64,000 bases of DNA from Dudresnaya verticillata (taxonomy: Eukaryota): assembly GCA_977862235.1 (NCBI GenBank), contig OZ374561.1, positions 682,001-746,000 on the forward strand, read 5' to 3'. The notes under the pieces are model-generated. The model was not told where the DNA came from. It made no database searches and was given only the letters and a program-made list of their open reading frames with translations. The position numbers and the translations under genes are program-made. Below, in pieces: positions 54,186-64,000 of the stretch (its first letter is position 1; each line of letters starts with the position of its first letter).

Positions 54186-56130
54186 GGTGAGACAGAAGCA
54201 AACTGGACCCACGATGAAGACAGAGCTGGCGTTGACCAGCAAGTCAGGATGCCGCCGATTCAAAGAGCATCGACGACGACCGTCAACGATGATCACTCCC
54301 CCCAAAAAAAGAGCAAAAAACCCAGAAGCTGGGGAGAACCGGGAGGCTGTAACAGAATAGAGGCTGGCGCCTACTTTTCGGTTAGTCATTTCAAGTCCTA
54401 AAATTAGCTCCACACCGTGTTCTTGATTGCAAACGCAGTCCTATTGGAAGGGCGTCTCACCCCTTCTCTCTGAGTGCATCGAAGCGCTAAGAATCATGAG
54501 AGCATGACCATGAGGCTTTCCATTAGCTCTAAAGATGCCTCGAACTGCCTCCTACAGCATGTTATATCACAATAGTCTTGTTGAGAATGAGATGGAAAAT
54601 TGCTTTCACGGTTTTTCTCGTAGACGAATGCTCAGACCATGATCCCCGGAATGTCACGGAACATATTATTGCACTCGCCAGTTTCTCAGTCATTTTTATT
54701 TCATGAGAAAACGTCTTCTTGTGCCTTAAGTACGAAAAGTCAGGTAACAGCTGAAGTATTCCACCGCTTCTCAGGACTGATGAGAGATAGCATCTCTTGC
54801 ATGCAACTGTGACTGTCTCTCGAAGTCGAGTTTAATTAAATGAAGAGCATCATCTTCTTTGAGAAAACAATTTACTATTCACAGTGCCGAAGAGCTGCAC
54901 TCCTTGGGTTGTTCGTTCAGTACTTTGAATCCCAATAAACCGTGCATATGATAAGGGTAGACGACTTGGCTCCGTTCCGCGTTGTATTCTACCTAATCTC
55001 TATTTTGCTCGGCCTCCGGAGCGTTAGCATCAAGGTATCTTTCGCCTCTGTTGTTCCGCTGCAAGGGATTATACCAAAATATCTAGGGTTCCAGCGCAGA
55101 ATATCGAAACCCCGCATTTTACTTCTTATGGTAGTTGCTGAGCGGTCGTTTGAAACTTTTGTGTTCGGAGAGAGAAAACTATTGCTGCAAATCGAAAGAA
55201 TACCTCCCAGTGTTCGTCCCAAAAGGAAACACATGCCCAATTTAGTATGGGGGTTGCGCAGCTCGTACACTGAAAAAGGAAACAGTGAAACATTACACAA
55301 TGACGTAACTATGTGGGTGTCGAGTTTGTTCATTCTGTCTTAATAGAGGGAAGCGCCCACCGCAAAGTACTTAATCGCAAGGAGAAGCAGGCACAACCAA
55401 AAACACGCCAAAGAAGCGATGGACGGAAGGAGCCAAAGTGCGGACCATTCTCTGACATATACAAAAAGCAAACTGTGTCATAGGAATAGCACGAGCAAAA
55501 ATATCAATAGTCCTTCGACAATGTGGTGCTATAATCGGGCAATGAACAACTCACGGAAAGTCGTAATGGCACAGAGAGTTAGGGGAAAAAGCAAAGGGAC
55601 CACAGCGTTGACAAAGTCTCGTCATTTACGTGCCCCACCGTAAGGTTTGCCAGTTTCGCCGTTCATCGCTTCACTTTGGTTTTATGCTAATAGGCCTATT
55701 TAACTTAAACGGATCACTTTGATGCAATAGCAAAATAGAAATGTTCGATGTAAAGGGAGCGATGAAGGTGGTGTGGCTGCTGGCATACTCTTTTGCTTTC
55801 TCTGTGTGAGATAATACTCTTAGCTTTTTTTTATTATAGGCAGCGAGGTAACTCTTGACTTACGAGTACAGTACTTTTCTGTGCAGTCTGTATTGAGTTG
55901 GCGGTGAAGGAACTGAATACCACTTCACATGGCAGGTGATAAGGGCAGGCAAGCACGATGCACGCCCCAAAACATGAGGACAGCTCGCTGCGCATTGCAG
56001 GCGCCGGAGGGCCCATGGTTTGAAATTGCACGGAGCCCGCCAAGAAGGCCCTCTTGAGCTCTTTTACCCCCAATCGAGCCGCTCCCGCCACTTCCTCTTT
56101 CTGCCATCGTTCCATCGCAGCGTATGAGTC

Positions 56131-56802
56131 ATGCTGCCATTCCGCCCTGCAACGTCCCCGCCCGGCCCTGCACCGCTGCCGCCCGCCCGCCCGCGCCAGC
56201 CGTTGGCCCTTCTTCCTGCCTCTCAGCTCTCACATAGGATTTCCTGCTTAACTGCGCGAAACAGTAATGGAGTGGAGAATAGCCCGGTTAACAAGACGTT
56301 GTGTGCGCAGAGCACCACCGACGGTATTTTGAAACAGCTCGTCCGGGATGCGCTGAAGGAGATGAAGACTCGCGGATATGGCGACCGATCGATGGTGGGT
56401 CAGGATAAGGAATTTCACGATAAGGAGAACCAGCCCTTACGGGACGAGCACATTGCCGATAAGTATGATTTCTTGCTGCTTAACAGCTCGCAGGATTTGG
56501 ACGAAACCGACCCGGAAACCCCACAGTCGCCCAACACGTTTTTGAACCGCATCGGTTTGCAGGTTCCCGTCAGGCCCAAAAAGCACCGCACCGCAGGCCT
56601 GGACCCACCTCCGATACCCGCCATCATAGATCGCACTGACCCTGTCCTGAAGAGCTCTTCTCACATATTGCAAATCACATCTAGACCGTCATTGTGTATT
56701 ACCCCTCAATCTGGTTCATCACGCCGTCCAAGACGGAATCTTGCTGACGTCACTCCTGCTACTGCTCGCGCTGCGCAGTATCTGCTCGACTTGACACGGT
56801 AG
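56131..56802 (+). CDS. Hypothetical disordered protein with D-box-like and KEN-box motifs, 223 aa
   Basis: ATG-initiated ORF filling the gap before the convergent FtsY gene; RQPLALL, DKENQP, several S/T-P sites and C-terminal AAQYLLDL. Confidence 0.6.
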   Translation: MLPFRPATSPPGPAPLPPARPRQPLALLPASQLSHRISCLTARNSNGVENSPVNKTLCAQSTTDGILKQLVRDALKEMKTRGYGDRSMVGQDKEFHDKENQPLRDEHIADKYDFLLLNSSQDLDETDPETPQSPNTFLNRIGLQVPVRPKKHRTAGLDPPPIPAIIDRTDPVLKSSSHILQITSRPSLCITPQSGSSRRPRRNLADVTPATARAAQYLLDLTR

Positions 56803-56878
56803 CCCTCTCTGTTGTTTTCTGCACGATTCACCTCCTGACAAGACGGTGTGAGTTTTGTTTGTATGGTTCTGGTTTACT

Positions 56879-58045
56879 TCAACCCACCAGACCTTCTACA
56901 AACAGTTCGGCGTCAAAGTCTCTTAGGTCATCTACGCCTTCGCCCACCCCGATAAGCTTGATAGGCAATCCAAGTTCGTCCACGCAAGACACGACGAACC
57001 CGGCCCTGGCGGTGCCGTCCAGCTTGGTGACCGCCAACGCGCTGACACCGACATCGCGCTTCCAGGTTTCGGCCTGTGTGACGGCGTTTCGGCCGATAGA
57101 CGCGTCGACAACCAACAGCGTCTCGTCCGGCCCTTCCGGGCGGAATTTTTTGACGACTCGTACCATTTTTTGCAGCTCGCCCATTAGGTTGGCGTTAGTG
57201 TGAAGGCGGCCGCTGGTGTCTACTATTAAATAATCGTACCCTTCGTTGGTGGCTTTCTCCACAGCGCCGAACAACACACCTGAAGGGCTCTTCTGCCCCA
57301 TTGCAGGTGTGACGATGTCCGCATCCGCGCGACGAACCCATTCTTCGAGCTGGTCAACAGCAGCCGCGCGGAATGTGTCACAAGCCGCGACAAGCACTTT
57401 CGCGTCCTGCCGCCGTAGCCGAGTGGCCAATTTGCCGATTGTGGTGGTCTTCCCCATACCATTCGCGCCAATGACCATGTAAATTGTTGGCACGCTCGGC
57501 GAACGGGCCAGCGGCTGCCCAACGCCTGTTGCACCTTCTTCGAGAATGCGAACAAGACTGTTCTTGAGCGCCTGCTTAATATCCTCGCGCAGCTCCAATC
57601 GCTGCTCGCGGGCATCCTGACGAAGGTCGTCCAGGATTTTGTCGACAGTGTCAACACCCAGGTCAGACATGATGAGGACCTCCTCCAGCTCCTCCAATGT
57701 TTCTTCTAACTCCTCGATCTTGCCTCCCTGGACAACGTTGGCCAGGTCACGAGCCAGGCGCTCTCGCGACTTGGCGAGCCCGTCATTGAAGCGGCGTACT
57801 TCGTCTATGTCTCGGCGAACCTTGTCCCGCACGTAGTCCATACCCTTCCCCTCCTTCAGTGCTTCAAAGGCCTTCTTCTGTTCCTCGCCAGCTTTCCGTA
57901 CAAAGTCAAATACTGCTTTTGGAGGGCGCCGGGGCGCAGTAGGCTGTTTTGTAGCATGCTGTGGTTCTAGTCCTCGCGGGGGCGCAGAGAGAAAGGAGGA
58001 GCGTGAGAGGAGTGGTGAAGTCAGGAAGGCTGTCACTGGCGACAT
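56879..58045 (-). CDS. ftsY: Chloroplast SRP receptor cpFtsY with transit peptide, 388 aa
   Basis: GANGMGKTTTIGKL, DTFRAAA, DTSGRLHTN, TKLDGTARAG, GVGEGVDDL; Ser-rich N-terminal extension (AFLTSPLLSRSSF). Confidence 0.95.
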   Translation of the reverse strand: MSPVTAFLTSPLLSRSSFLSAPPRGLEPQHATKQPTAPRRPPKAVFDFVRKAGEEQKKAFEALKEGKGMDYVRDKVRRDIDEVRRFNDGLAKSRERLARDLANVVQGGKIEELEETLEELEEVLIMSDLGVDTVDKILDDLRQDAREQRLELREDIKQALKNSLVRILEEGATGVGQPLARSPSVPTIYMVIGANGMGKTTTIGKLATRLRRQDAKVLVAACDTFRAAAVDQLEEWVRRADADIVTPAMGQKSPSGVLFGAVEKATNEGYDYLIVDTSGRLHTNANLMGELQKMVRVVKKFRPEGPDETLLVVDASIGRNAVTQAETWKRDVGVSALAVTKLDGTARAGFVVSCVDELGLPIKLIGVGEGVDDLRDFDAELFVEGLVG

Positions 58046-58441
58046 GACTCGAAACGTGGACGGCCGCTTGTGATAGGGGCGGATTTGGAGAGGAGGATGG
58101 AGCGTGCTCCCTTGCGAACAGAATTGAGATGCCCACTCTGTTCAAGTTGCGGCGCGGGGACGGTGCGCACAGATCTATCGTGGAGCTGTGAAAGAAGGAA
58201 GTGAGGCGGACGTTCATTGAATATCTCGTCGCGAGGGTTGTGGCTCAAAATTACCGAAAAACAACTTCTCGACAATGCCGAGATGTAATGAGAGCCGCAT
58301 GGGGATCCATCCCCAACTCTGAACGCGGATGTTCTGATGCACGGTAGTTGAGCGATTCGTGGGACACCGGCTCTTCATCTCCAGCAACGGCAGCAGACCA
58401 GGACTTTCTCCGCGCACACGCAACACTCTCAACCTGCGAAG

Positions 58442-58954
58442 ATGTTGCCCATGTCGGTGGGCCGGCTGCCCACGCAAACAACTGCGGCTTTCCTGCTCCC
58501 AAGCGCGATACCCTCCTGGCGGCACGCACCAACACGGCAACTTTGCGGCACGCCTACCTCCCGCGCCCCCCTGCTACGCCGAAGCTGCGTGAAGTCGGTT
58601 CTGCCAGGCGAGGTGGCCACGCAAGCAGTGCCAGCCGCGCTTGCGCTATGCTATTCCTCCCCGGCGCTGTCTGCGGCAAAGTTGGTGGCAGGGCCTGGTA
58701 TTAACTTATTCAACTTCGTGATGATTGTGCGCATTATCCTCACGTGGTACCCACAAACAGACCTGGCGAAGGCGCCGTGGATTTACATCGCTGTGCCCAC
58801 CGAGCCTTTGCTACGCGCCACGCGCAAGGTCGTCCCACCCGTCGGCGGGGTCGATATCTCCCCGATCGTCTGGTTTGCCATCATGAGCTTTGTGCATGAG
58901 ATTCTCGTCGGGCCGCAGGGATTGCTCAATTTGATCGAGGCTAACCGATTGTAG
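58442..58954 (+). CDS. CCB3: YGGT-family plastid protein, CCB3-like (heme ci attachment to cytochrome b6), 170 aa
   Basis: RIILTWYP...PTEPLLRATRKVVPPVGGVDISPIVWF...EILVGPQGLL; the C-terminal block matches CCB3. Transit-peptide-like N-terminus. Confidence 0.85.
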   Translation: MLPMSVGRLPTQTTAAFLLPSAIPSWRHAPTRQLCGTPTSRAPLLRRSCVKSVLPGEVATQAVPAALALCYSSPALSAAKLVAGPGINLFNFVMIVRIILTWYPQTDLAKAPWIYIAVPTEPLLRATRKVVPPVGGVDISPIVWFAIMSFVHEILVGPQGLLNLIEANRL

Positions 58955-59255
58955 CTGACGCGTTGGCCATCTTCTCGTGCGAAGGTGTGCACAAGGGTAG
59001 AGTGACGCTCTAAAAGTTGTACTCGTACAAAGCGGCGACCTGGTCACCCTCATAACACTTGGCAGTCAGGCATTGGATATTGCTCTCCAGGACCCCACGT
59101 TGCTGGTGATCAGCCCACCGGCGTTGCCGGCGGAGTCAACTTTACCAGCGCATCCTTGTGAACTACAGCCGTGCATAAAGAGCTCTCCTCCTCGCCATCA
59201 TCTCGCCTTCGACCATCCTGCCAGCGTCCCCGCGCCAAACATTCCGCCACGCGAA

Positions 59256-60986
59256 ATGGCGCAAGGCGATTGCGTGTGTGCTGCCGAGAAGGCACCATGC
59301 GGCGGCTGTGAGCCGTCCAAGGCAGGGCGGGTAGCGCCAGCTCGTCGTCCGCGCCACGCGCAGGATCAGGCGCTGGCGAAGAAGGCGGCCATCGCCGATA
59401 TCGTGTCCACGCTTATCCGCACGCACAAAACACCCAATGCGCCGAGCCTGTCCTCGCTGAAAACTGCAGCGGCGAAGCGTCATCGGCTGGCGGACTACCC
59501 GAAGCAGGTCGATATTCTGGCTGCGGTCCCGCCCGCACATCGTGCAGCGCTTGCGCCGCTGCTCCGTGCGAAGCCGGTTCGTACCGCAAGTGGAATTGCT
59601 GTTGTTGCTGTTATGTCAAAGCCGCACCGCTGCCCGCATATCGCTACCACTGGTAATATTTGCGTCTACTGCCCTGGTGGGCCTGATAGTGACTTTGAGT
59701 ATTCTACGCAGAGTTATACTGGGTATGAGCCCACGTCTATGCGTGCTATTCGTGCGCGCTACGACCCGTATGTGCAGGTCAGGTCGCGCGTGGACCAGTT
59801 GCGCTCGCTGGGGCACGATGTTGACAAGGTTGAGTTTATCCTTATGGGAGGTACCTTCATGTCGCTTGACACTGCTTATCGCGATTACTTTATCCGAAAC
59901 TTGCATGATGCGTTGTCAGGACATGCATCGCAATCTGTGAAGGAGGCAGTGCGATATGCGGAGCACTCGATGGCCAAGTGTGTTGCGCTAACAATTGAAA
60001 GTCGCCCTGATCATTCTTCCCCACATCATTTATCTGCCATGTTGGAGTATGGTTGCACCAGGCTGGAAATTGGTGTGCAGAGCGTGTATGAGGACGTCGC
60101 CAGAGATACAAATCGCGGACATTCTGTGCAAGCTGTGTGTGACTGCTTCCGCTTGGCAAAGGACGCTGGCTTCAAAGTCGTCGCACACATGATGCCAGAC
60201 CTTCCCAACATGGGTAAGGAGCGCGACATTGAGTCCTTTCGGGAGCTTTTCGAGAATCCTGCGTTTAGACCAGACGGACTCAAAATCTACCCGACGCTTG
60301 TCATCCGTGGTACCGGGCTGTACGAGCTGTGGAAGAACGGCTTGTACAAGAACTATGCCCCCTCAGAGTTAATTGATCTCGTCGCTCGCATTCTTGCCTT
60401 TGTGCCTCCATGGGTGCGGGTTTATCGGATCCAGAGAGACATTCCAATGCCGTTGGTGTCATCTGGGGTTGAACATGGTAACTTGCGAGAATTAGTCTTA
60501 GCCCGAATGTCAGATCTTGGTCTTCCATGCCGGGATGTCCGTACTCGAGAGGTTGGAATCCAGACTATACATTTTCAGATTAACCCTGAGCAAGTCGAAC
60601 TCATTCGACGAGACTATGTCGCCAATGAGGGTTGGGAAACGTTTCTGTCGTACGAAGATGCAGCGCAGGATATTCTCGTTGCGCTTCTACGGTTGCGACA
60701 GGCCGGTCCAGGGGCAGGAGCGGTGCGACCTGAAATGGAAGATGAGCCATGCAGCATTGTCCGGGAGCTTCACGTATATGGTTCTGTTGTTCCAGTCCAT
60801 GAGAGAGATCCAGGAAAGTTTCAGCACCGAGGATTTGGTACGTTGCTCATGGAAGAAGCAGAAAGAATTGCGCGAGACGAACATGGCTCGTCGAAGGTTT
60901 TAGTTATTTCCGGTGTAGGCACGAGGCACTACTACAGAAAACTGGGATACCGGTTAGAGGGGCCGTACATGGTAAAGAACATTTAG
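59256..60986 (+). CDS. ELP3: Elongator complex protein 3 (radical SAM + GNAT), 576 aa
   Basis: [108 protein letters not shown]. Confidence 0.97.
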   Translation: MAQGDCVCAAEKAPCGGCEPSKAGRVAPARRPRHAQDQALAKKAAIADIVSTLIRTHKTPNAPSLSSLKTAAAKRHRLADYPKQVDILAAVPPAHRAALAPLLRAKPVRTASGIAVVAVMSKPHRCPHIATTGNICVYCPGGPDSDFEYSTQSYTGYEPTSMRAIRARYDPYVQVRSRVDQLRSLGHDVDKVEFILMGGTFMSLDTAYRDYFIRNLHDALSGHASQSVKEAVRYAEHSMAKCVALTIESRPDHSSPHHLSAMLEYGCTRLEIGVQSVYEDVARDTNRGHSVQAVCDCFRLAKDAGFKVVAHMMPDLPNMGKERDIESFRELFENPAFRPDGLKIYPTLVIRGTGLYELWKNGLYKNYAPSELIDLVARILAFVPPWVRVYRIQRDIPMPLVSSGVEHGNLRELVLARMSDLGLPCRDVRTREVGIQTIHFQINPEQVELIRRDYVANEGWETFLSYEDAAQDILVALLRLRQAGPGAGAVRPEMEDEPCSIVRELHVYGSVVPVHERDPGKFQHRGFGTLLMEEAERIARDEHGSSKVLVISGVGTRHYYRKLGYRLEGPYMVKNI

Positions 60987-61029
60987 GTGGACGACTTTCA
61001 ACTCATCAAGGGTAGGTCTATGCTCGATC

Positions 61030-62169
61030 TCAAGGCCCTCTGGATTGGGCCGCCTCAGAATTGTCGTTTCTCCGACGCGAAAATGCCCGAACGACTTGAC
61101 TACTTATGTTGGTCGCGCGTGCTGTCAGTCGTTCCCAGCCAGAAGCTATTGCAAGCCTGGTGGGCACGTAGGGTGAGAGTGCCCGTAATGCAATCCAGGC
61201 ATGATTTCCGAACTCCAAAGTCCCAACCGTATATACGCTGTCAAATTCATATGCAATTTGTTCCAGGGACCGGAAAGCGTCTTCAATCTCGCATGCAGCG
61301 ATTGCCGTGCCCGACTTGATTGACAACGTCTTGGACAAAACAGCATTCACAACGATACCCTGTTCTTGTTCAAGCTTGTGGTTAGTATCAACGCGGTCAG
61401 CACTTAAACAATCTTCCAAGGTTGGCAGCACCAGCATGCGATAAAACGACTCTGGCACTGCAGACAGTACAGAGCTTTCATTTCGGCCATCAGCAGTCAC
61501 AATGAAGACAATCCCAGCAGCTGCATGTTTGGTTGGAGTATTAAAGGCGCGTCGTGCATCTACAATGACCTTCCCTTCTTCTTGAATATATGTACGAAAT
61601 GAGAGGCCTCTAGCCTCAATGCGTGGCCAGCGGGCCCTGATAGCCTCCAACAAAGCTACGGTATCTACTGCGGGCGGGACGAAGAGAACGACGCGCACTC
61701 GAGATGCGGAAATGAGGTCAATTCCGCACGAACGCAGCATATCGTGAAAGAGGTACATCAAGAGGCACACTGCTATGATACCGGCTATGACTGCGAACAG
61801 GATGGCGCCTGGTGGGAATGCAGACACGTTTTCTCGAACAACGATCTTGCCTTGCTCGGCTCGAAAGCGGCATGTGAAGGACTCATCGCATGACTCAGCG
61901 GAAGAGCAGGGGGCAGATCCTCGCCCGTTTCGCAGCAGTATTGCTGTTCCTTGGAAGTCAGGGGAGCTGACGGTCACGTTTCGGCATTCGCCTGAGCAAG
62001 AAATTGTTGCCACGACCACCGTGCATCTAGAAGCAGCATAGCCACGGCGAATGCTAAGCGCAGGGAGCAGGAAGGCGAAGATGCCAACGGCGATGGCGGT
62101 AACCAATGCCAGTGTTCCGGCTAGCAAAACAACTGGTCTGGGTATGAAGCGTGCCTCCCCTCTATCCAT
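61030..62169 (-). CDS. Hypothetical two-TM protein with a 6-Cys loop and a possible pseudo-GTPase tail, 379 aa
   Basis: TM1 VVLLAGTLALVTAIAVGIFAFLLPAL; loop with 6 Cys; TM2 AILFAVIAGIIAVCLLMYLF; alpha/beta-type C-terminal region. Confidence 0.75.
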   Translation of the reverse strand: MDRGEARFIPRPVVLLAGTLALVTAIAVGIFAFLLPALSIRRGYAASRCTVVVATISCSGECRNVTVSSPDFQGTAILLRNGRGSAPCSSAESCDESFTCRFRAEQGKIVVRENVSAFPPGAILFAVIAGIIAVCLLMYLFHDMLRSCGIDLISASRVRVVLFVPPAVDTVALLEAIRARWPRIEARGLSFRTYIQEEGKVIVDARRAFNTPTKHAAAGIVFIVTADGRNESSVLSAVPESFYRMLVLPTLEDCLSADRVDTNHKLEQEQGIVVNAVLSKTLSIKSGTAIAACEIEDAFRSLEQIAYEFDSVYTVGTLEFGNHAWIALRALSPYVPTRLAIASGWERLTARATNISSQVVRAFSRRRNDNSEAAQSRGP

Positions 62170-62378
62170 GACAGTTTAGCATTGGTACAGCTCAGTCGCT
62201 GGACTGTTGGCCTGTAGATATCCTCTTGGGCCTTGGTACATGCAGCCACGTCCGGTGTAGTAAGGTCACGACCCTCTCGAAGGCTGCCGACAGCACTAGA
62301 TCAGCTCAGGGGTTCCGAAGCAATTCCGGAAACCACTCTGGGAAATTAAAACCCCACTCTCTGGTTGATCCATGCAGG

Positions 62379-62948
62379 TCACTTATTTTCCGCGCCGTTG
62401 TCCTCTGATCCATCTTTGAGCTGGAGAGCCTGCTTTGCCTCCTGTTCAGCGGTGTCCATGTGGTCACCCTCAGATCCCTTTTCTTCATCCTGAGCATCGG
62501 AATTGTGCATAGCAGCAGGAGAAATATCAGTACTTTGGCCTGCGACGTTGCTTTGACCTGATGTGTCCATATCAGGATCACCGATATTCTCGTGATCAAG
62601 ATCACTCTTCTCTGCGTTACGCTCGGAGTTCATTGCTGCGGCTTCGAGCTCAAGCCAGGGGTTTTCCACGAACGAAAGCTTGAAGTAGCGATAGCCCCTT
62701 TCCACAGGAGTGAACGGGATTCCACCGCCGCGATAGGCACTGCCCCCTCGACCGCGTCCGCGACCACGCTTGAAACCTCGATCTCGACTAAAGTGCCCGC
62801 GTCCGCGCCCTCGCCCACGGCCACGACCCCGATTTCGCCCTCGACCACGCTGTCCAGACTGAGCGTTTGCGGGAGCCTGCATGGTGATGTTTCGACTCAC
62901 GGTAAATGATGCTGATACTGGTGGTACCAGCGCGACTCGGCGCAACAT
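62379..62948 (-). CDS. RG-rich protein with an MPLKIP/TTDN1 (plant SICKLE)-like motif and acidic tail, up to 189 aa; alternative start at 62883
   Basis: (RG)n tract followed by YFKLSFVENPWLELE, resembling the MPLKIP signature YFKPSMLEDPWxxLE. Confidence 0.65.
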   Translation of the reverse strand: MLRRVALVPPVSASFTVSRNITMQAPANAQSGQRGRGRNRGRGRGRGRGRGHFSRDRGFKRGRGRGRGGSAYRGGGIPFTPVERGYRYFKLSFVENPWLELEAAAMNSERNAEKSDLDHENIGDPDMDTSGQSNVAGQSTDISPAAMHNSDAQDEEKGSEGDHMDTAEQEAKQALQLKDGSEDNGAENK

Positions 62949-64000
62949 GTACTACTCTCTTCCTTTGGGCTTTCCGTTCTGCTCTTCGGCGAAAAGTCGG
63001 ATGCGCTTCGAGGGCTAGAATTGGAGGCCAGTAATGGAAGAGGAGGCCTGTAAGAAAGTAGGTCGGGAACCCGAAATTGTGCCGAGCGTCGGGTGCTGTT
63101 GTGCTGTGCTCTTGGTTTCACTTTGAAAACGAAGTGGTCCGATCGCGGTGTTTCGAGTCAGATTTTCGCGAGCAAATAGCCGAATAAAAAAGGCTACGCA
63201 GAATAAAGGGGCAGGTTGGACATCGTGGACAGTACCACACGTTCTGCAATTGATGCTATCGTCAGAGAAGACGGTATTATACAGTAGCAACCACCTGACC
63301 TTGCGATAGGTCTGCAGTACCGTAGCAGCACTTCTAAGGGTGCGGTGTTTCAACGGATGGAAAGCTGTGCAGCCTGCAGCCTGATAACGATGTGTGTCGT
63401 CACCGGCGGAGCTGGACTGAGCGAATTGGAACATATTGCTGCACGCGATAAGTTGTTGGACCTCAGCATGCGGTCTGACGCAATGGAGTGACGAGGTTCG
63501 GCCATGAACTACCCTCCAAGGGTACCCGAAGGTTATCACGAGGTAAGTATCGAAAAGCGCTGAAGTTGCTCTAGATGAGCTAAGTTGTGCAATGCCGCCT
63601 TGCCTTTCAAACGCGGCTCCTAATACCAAACATTGCCATCACTCTCAACCGTAACTGACCTCGGCTCTACCCCGCCTCAACTTCCGTCGCACGCAGCAAA
63701 TCGCGAACCCGAGAAGCTCTGGGGAGATTGATGAGGTCATAAGATAAAAGGGATGCATATGGTTCTCGTTCTTGGAAAATAAGTCTACTCTCTCTTATTT
63801 AAGCACGGCATGCCAGCCGGTCCGTCAAGAAAGGCAAATAACATAAAACTTTACAATGATAAAACTCTTAGACACATCGTTGCTAACACCCGCGAGCGCG
63901 ATGTATTGTGCAAAGACATGCGAAGAACTCATACGCTCAAGCCGCTTAAGACCTTCGCGAACCGCGACGACTCCCTGTCATACGAGCGACAGCCAGCACA

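Noticed and set aside
63015..63629. 204-aa minus-strand ORF
   Set aside because: Non-ATG start, no motifs and atypical composition; probably promoter or intergenic sequence.

Overview
Eukaryotic nuclear DNA from a compact, intron-poor photosynthetic genome, most likely a red alga. This is inferred from plastid-targeted FtsY and CCB3, a YHM2-type carrier, a zinc-finger variant I associate with red algae, and few short GT-AG introns with distant branch points. Bases 1-2250 are a CpG-rich promoter-like island for a gene that probably lies off the left edge. Bases ~2300-16500 are gene-poor, with microsatellites, small tandem duplications, a probable solo LTR and decayed coding-like fragments. From 16.6 kb there are about 18 genes: L-galactose dehydrogenase, a pirin-like protein lacking its iron ligands, a 4CXXC_R1-like zinc-finger protein, UDP-xylose synthase, CYP59/PPIL4, TAF1C-like, a sphingomyelinase-like EEP, an extended SDR, a UBE2Q-like E2, a ~2900-aa Ser/Pro mucin-like membrane protein with a C-terminal vWA domain, RPL34, YHM2, a D-box/KEN-box orphan, cpFtsY, CCB3, ELP3, a two-TM orphan and an MPLKIP/SICKLE-like protein. 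The most novel-looking items are two putative cell-surface receptors: the giant mucin-TM-vWA-NLS protein, and the two-TM Cys-loop protein whose tail looks like a degenerate Ras-fold pseudo-GTPase. All family calls are by-eye motif recognition; no searches were run.
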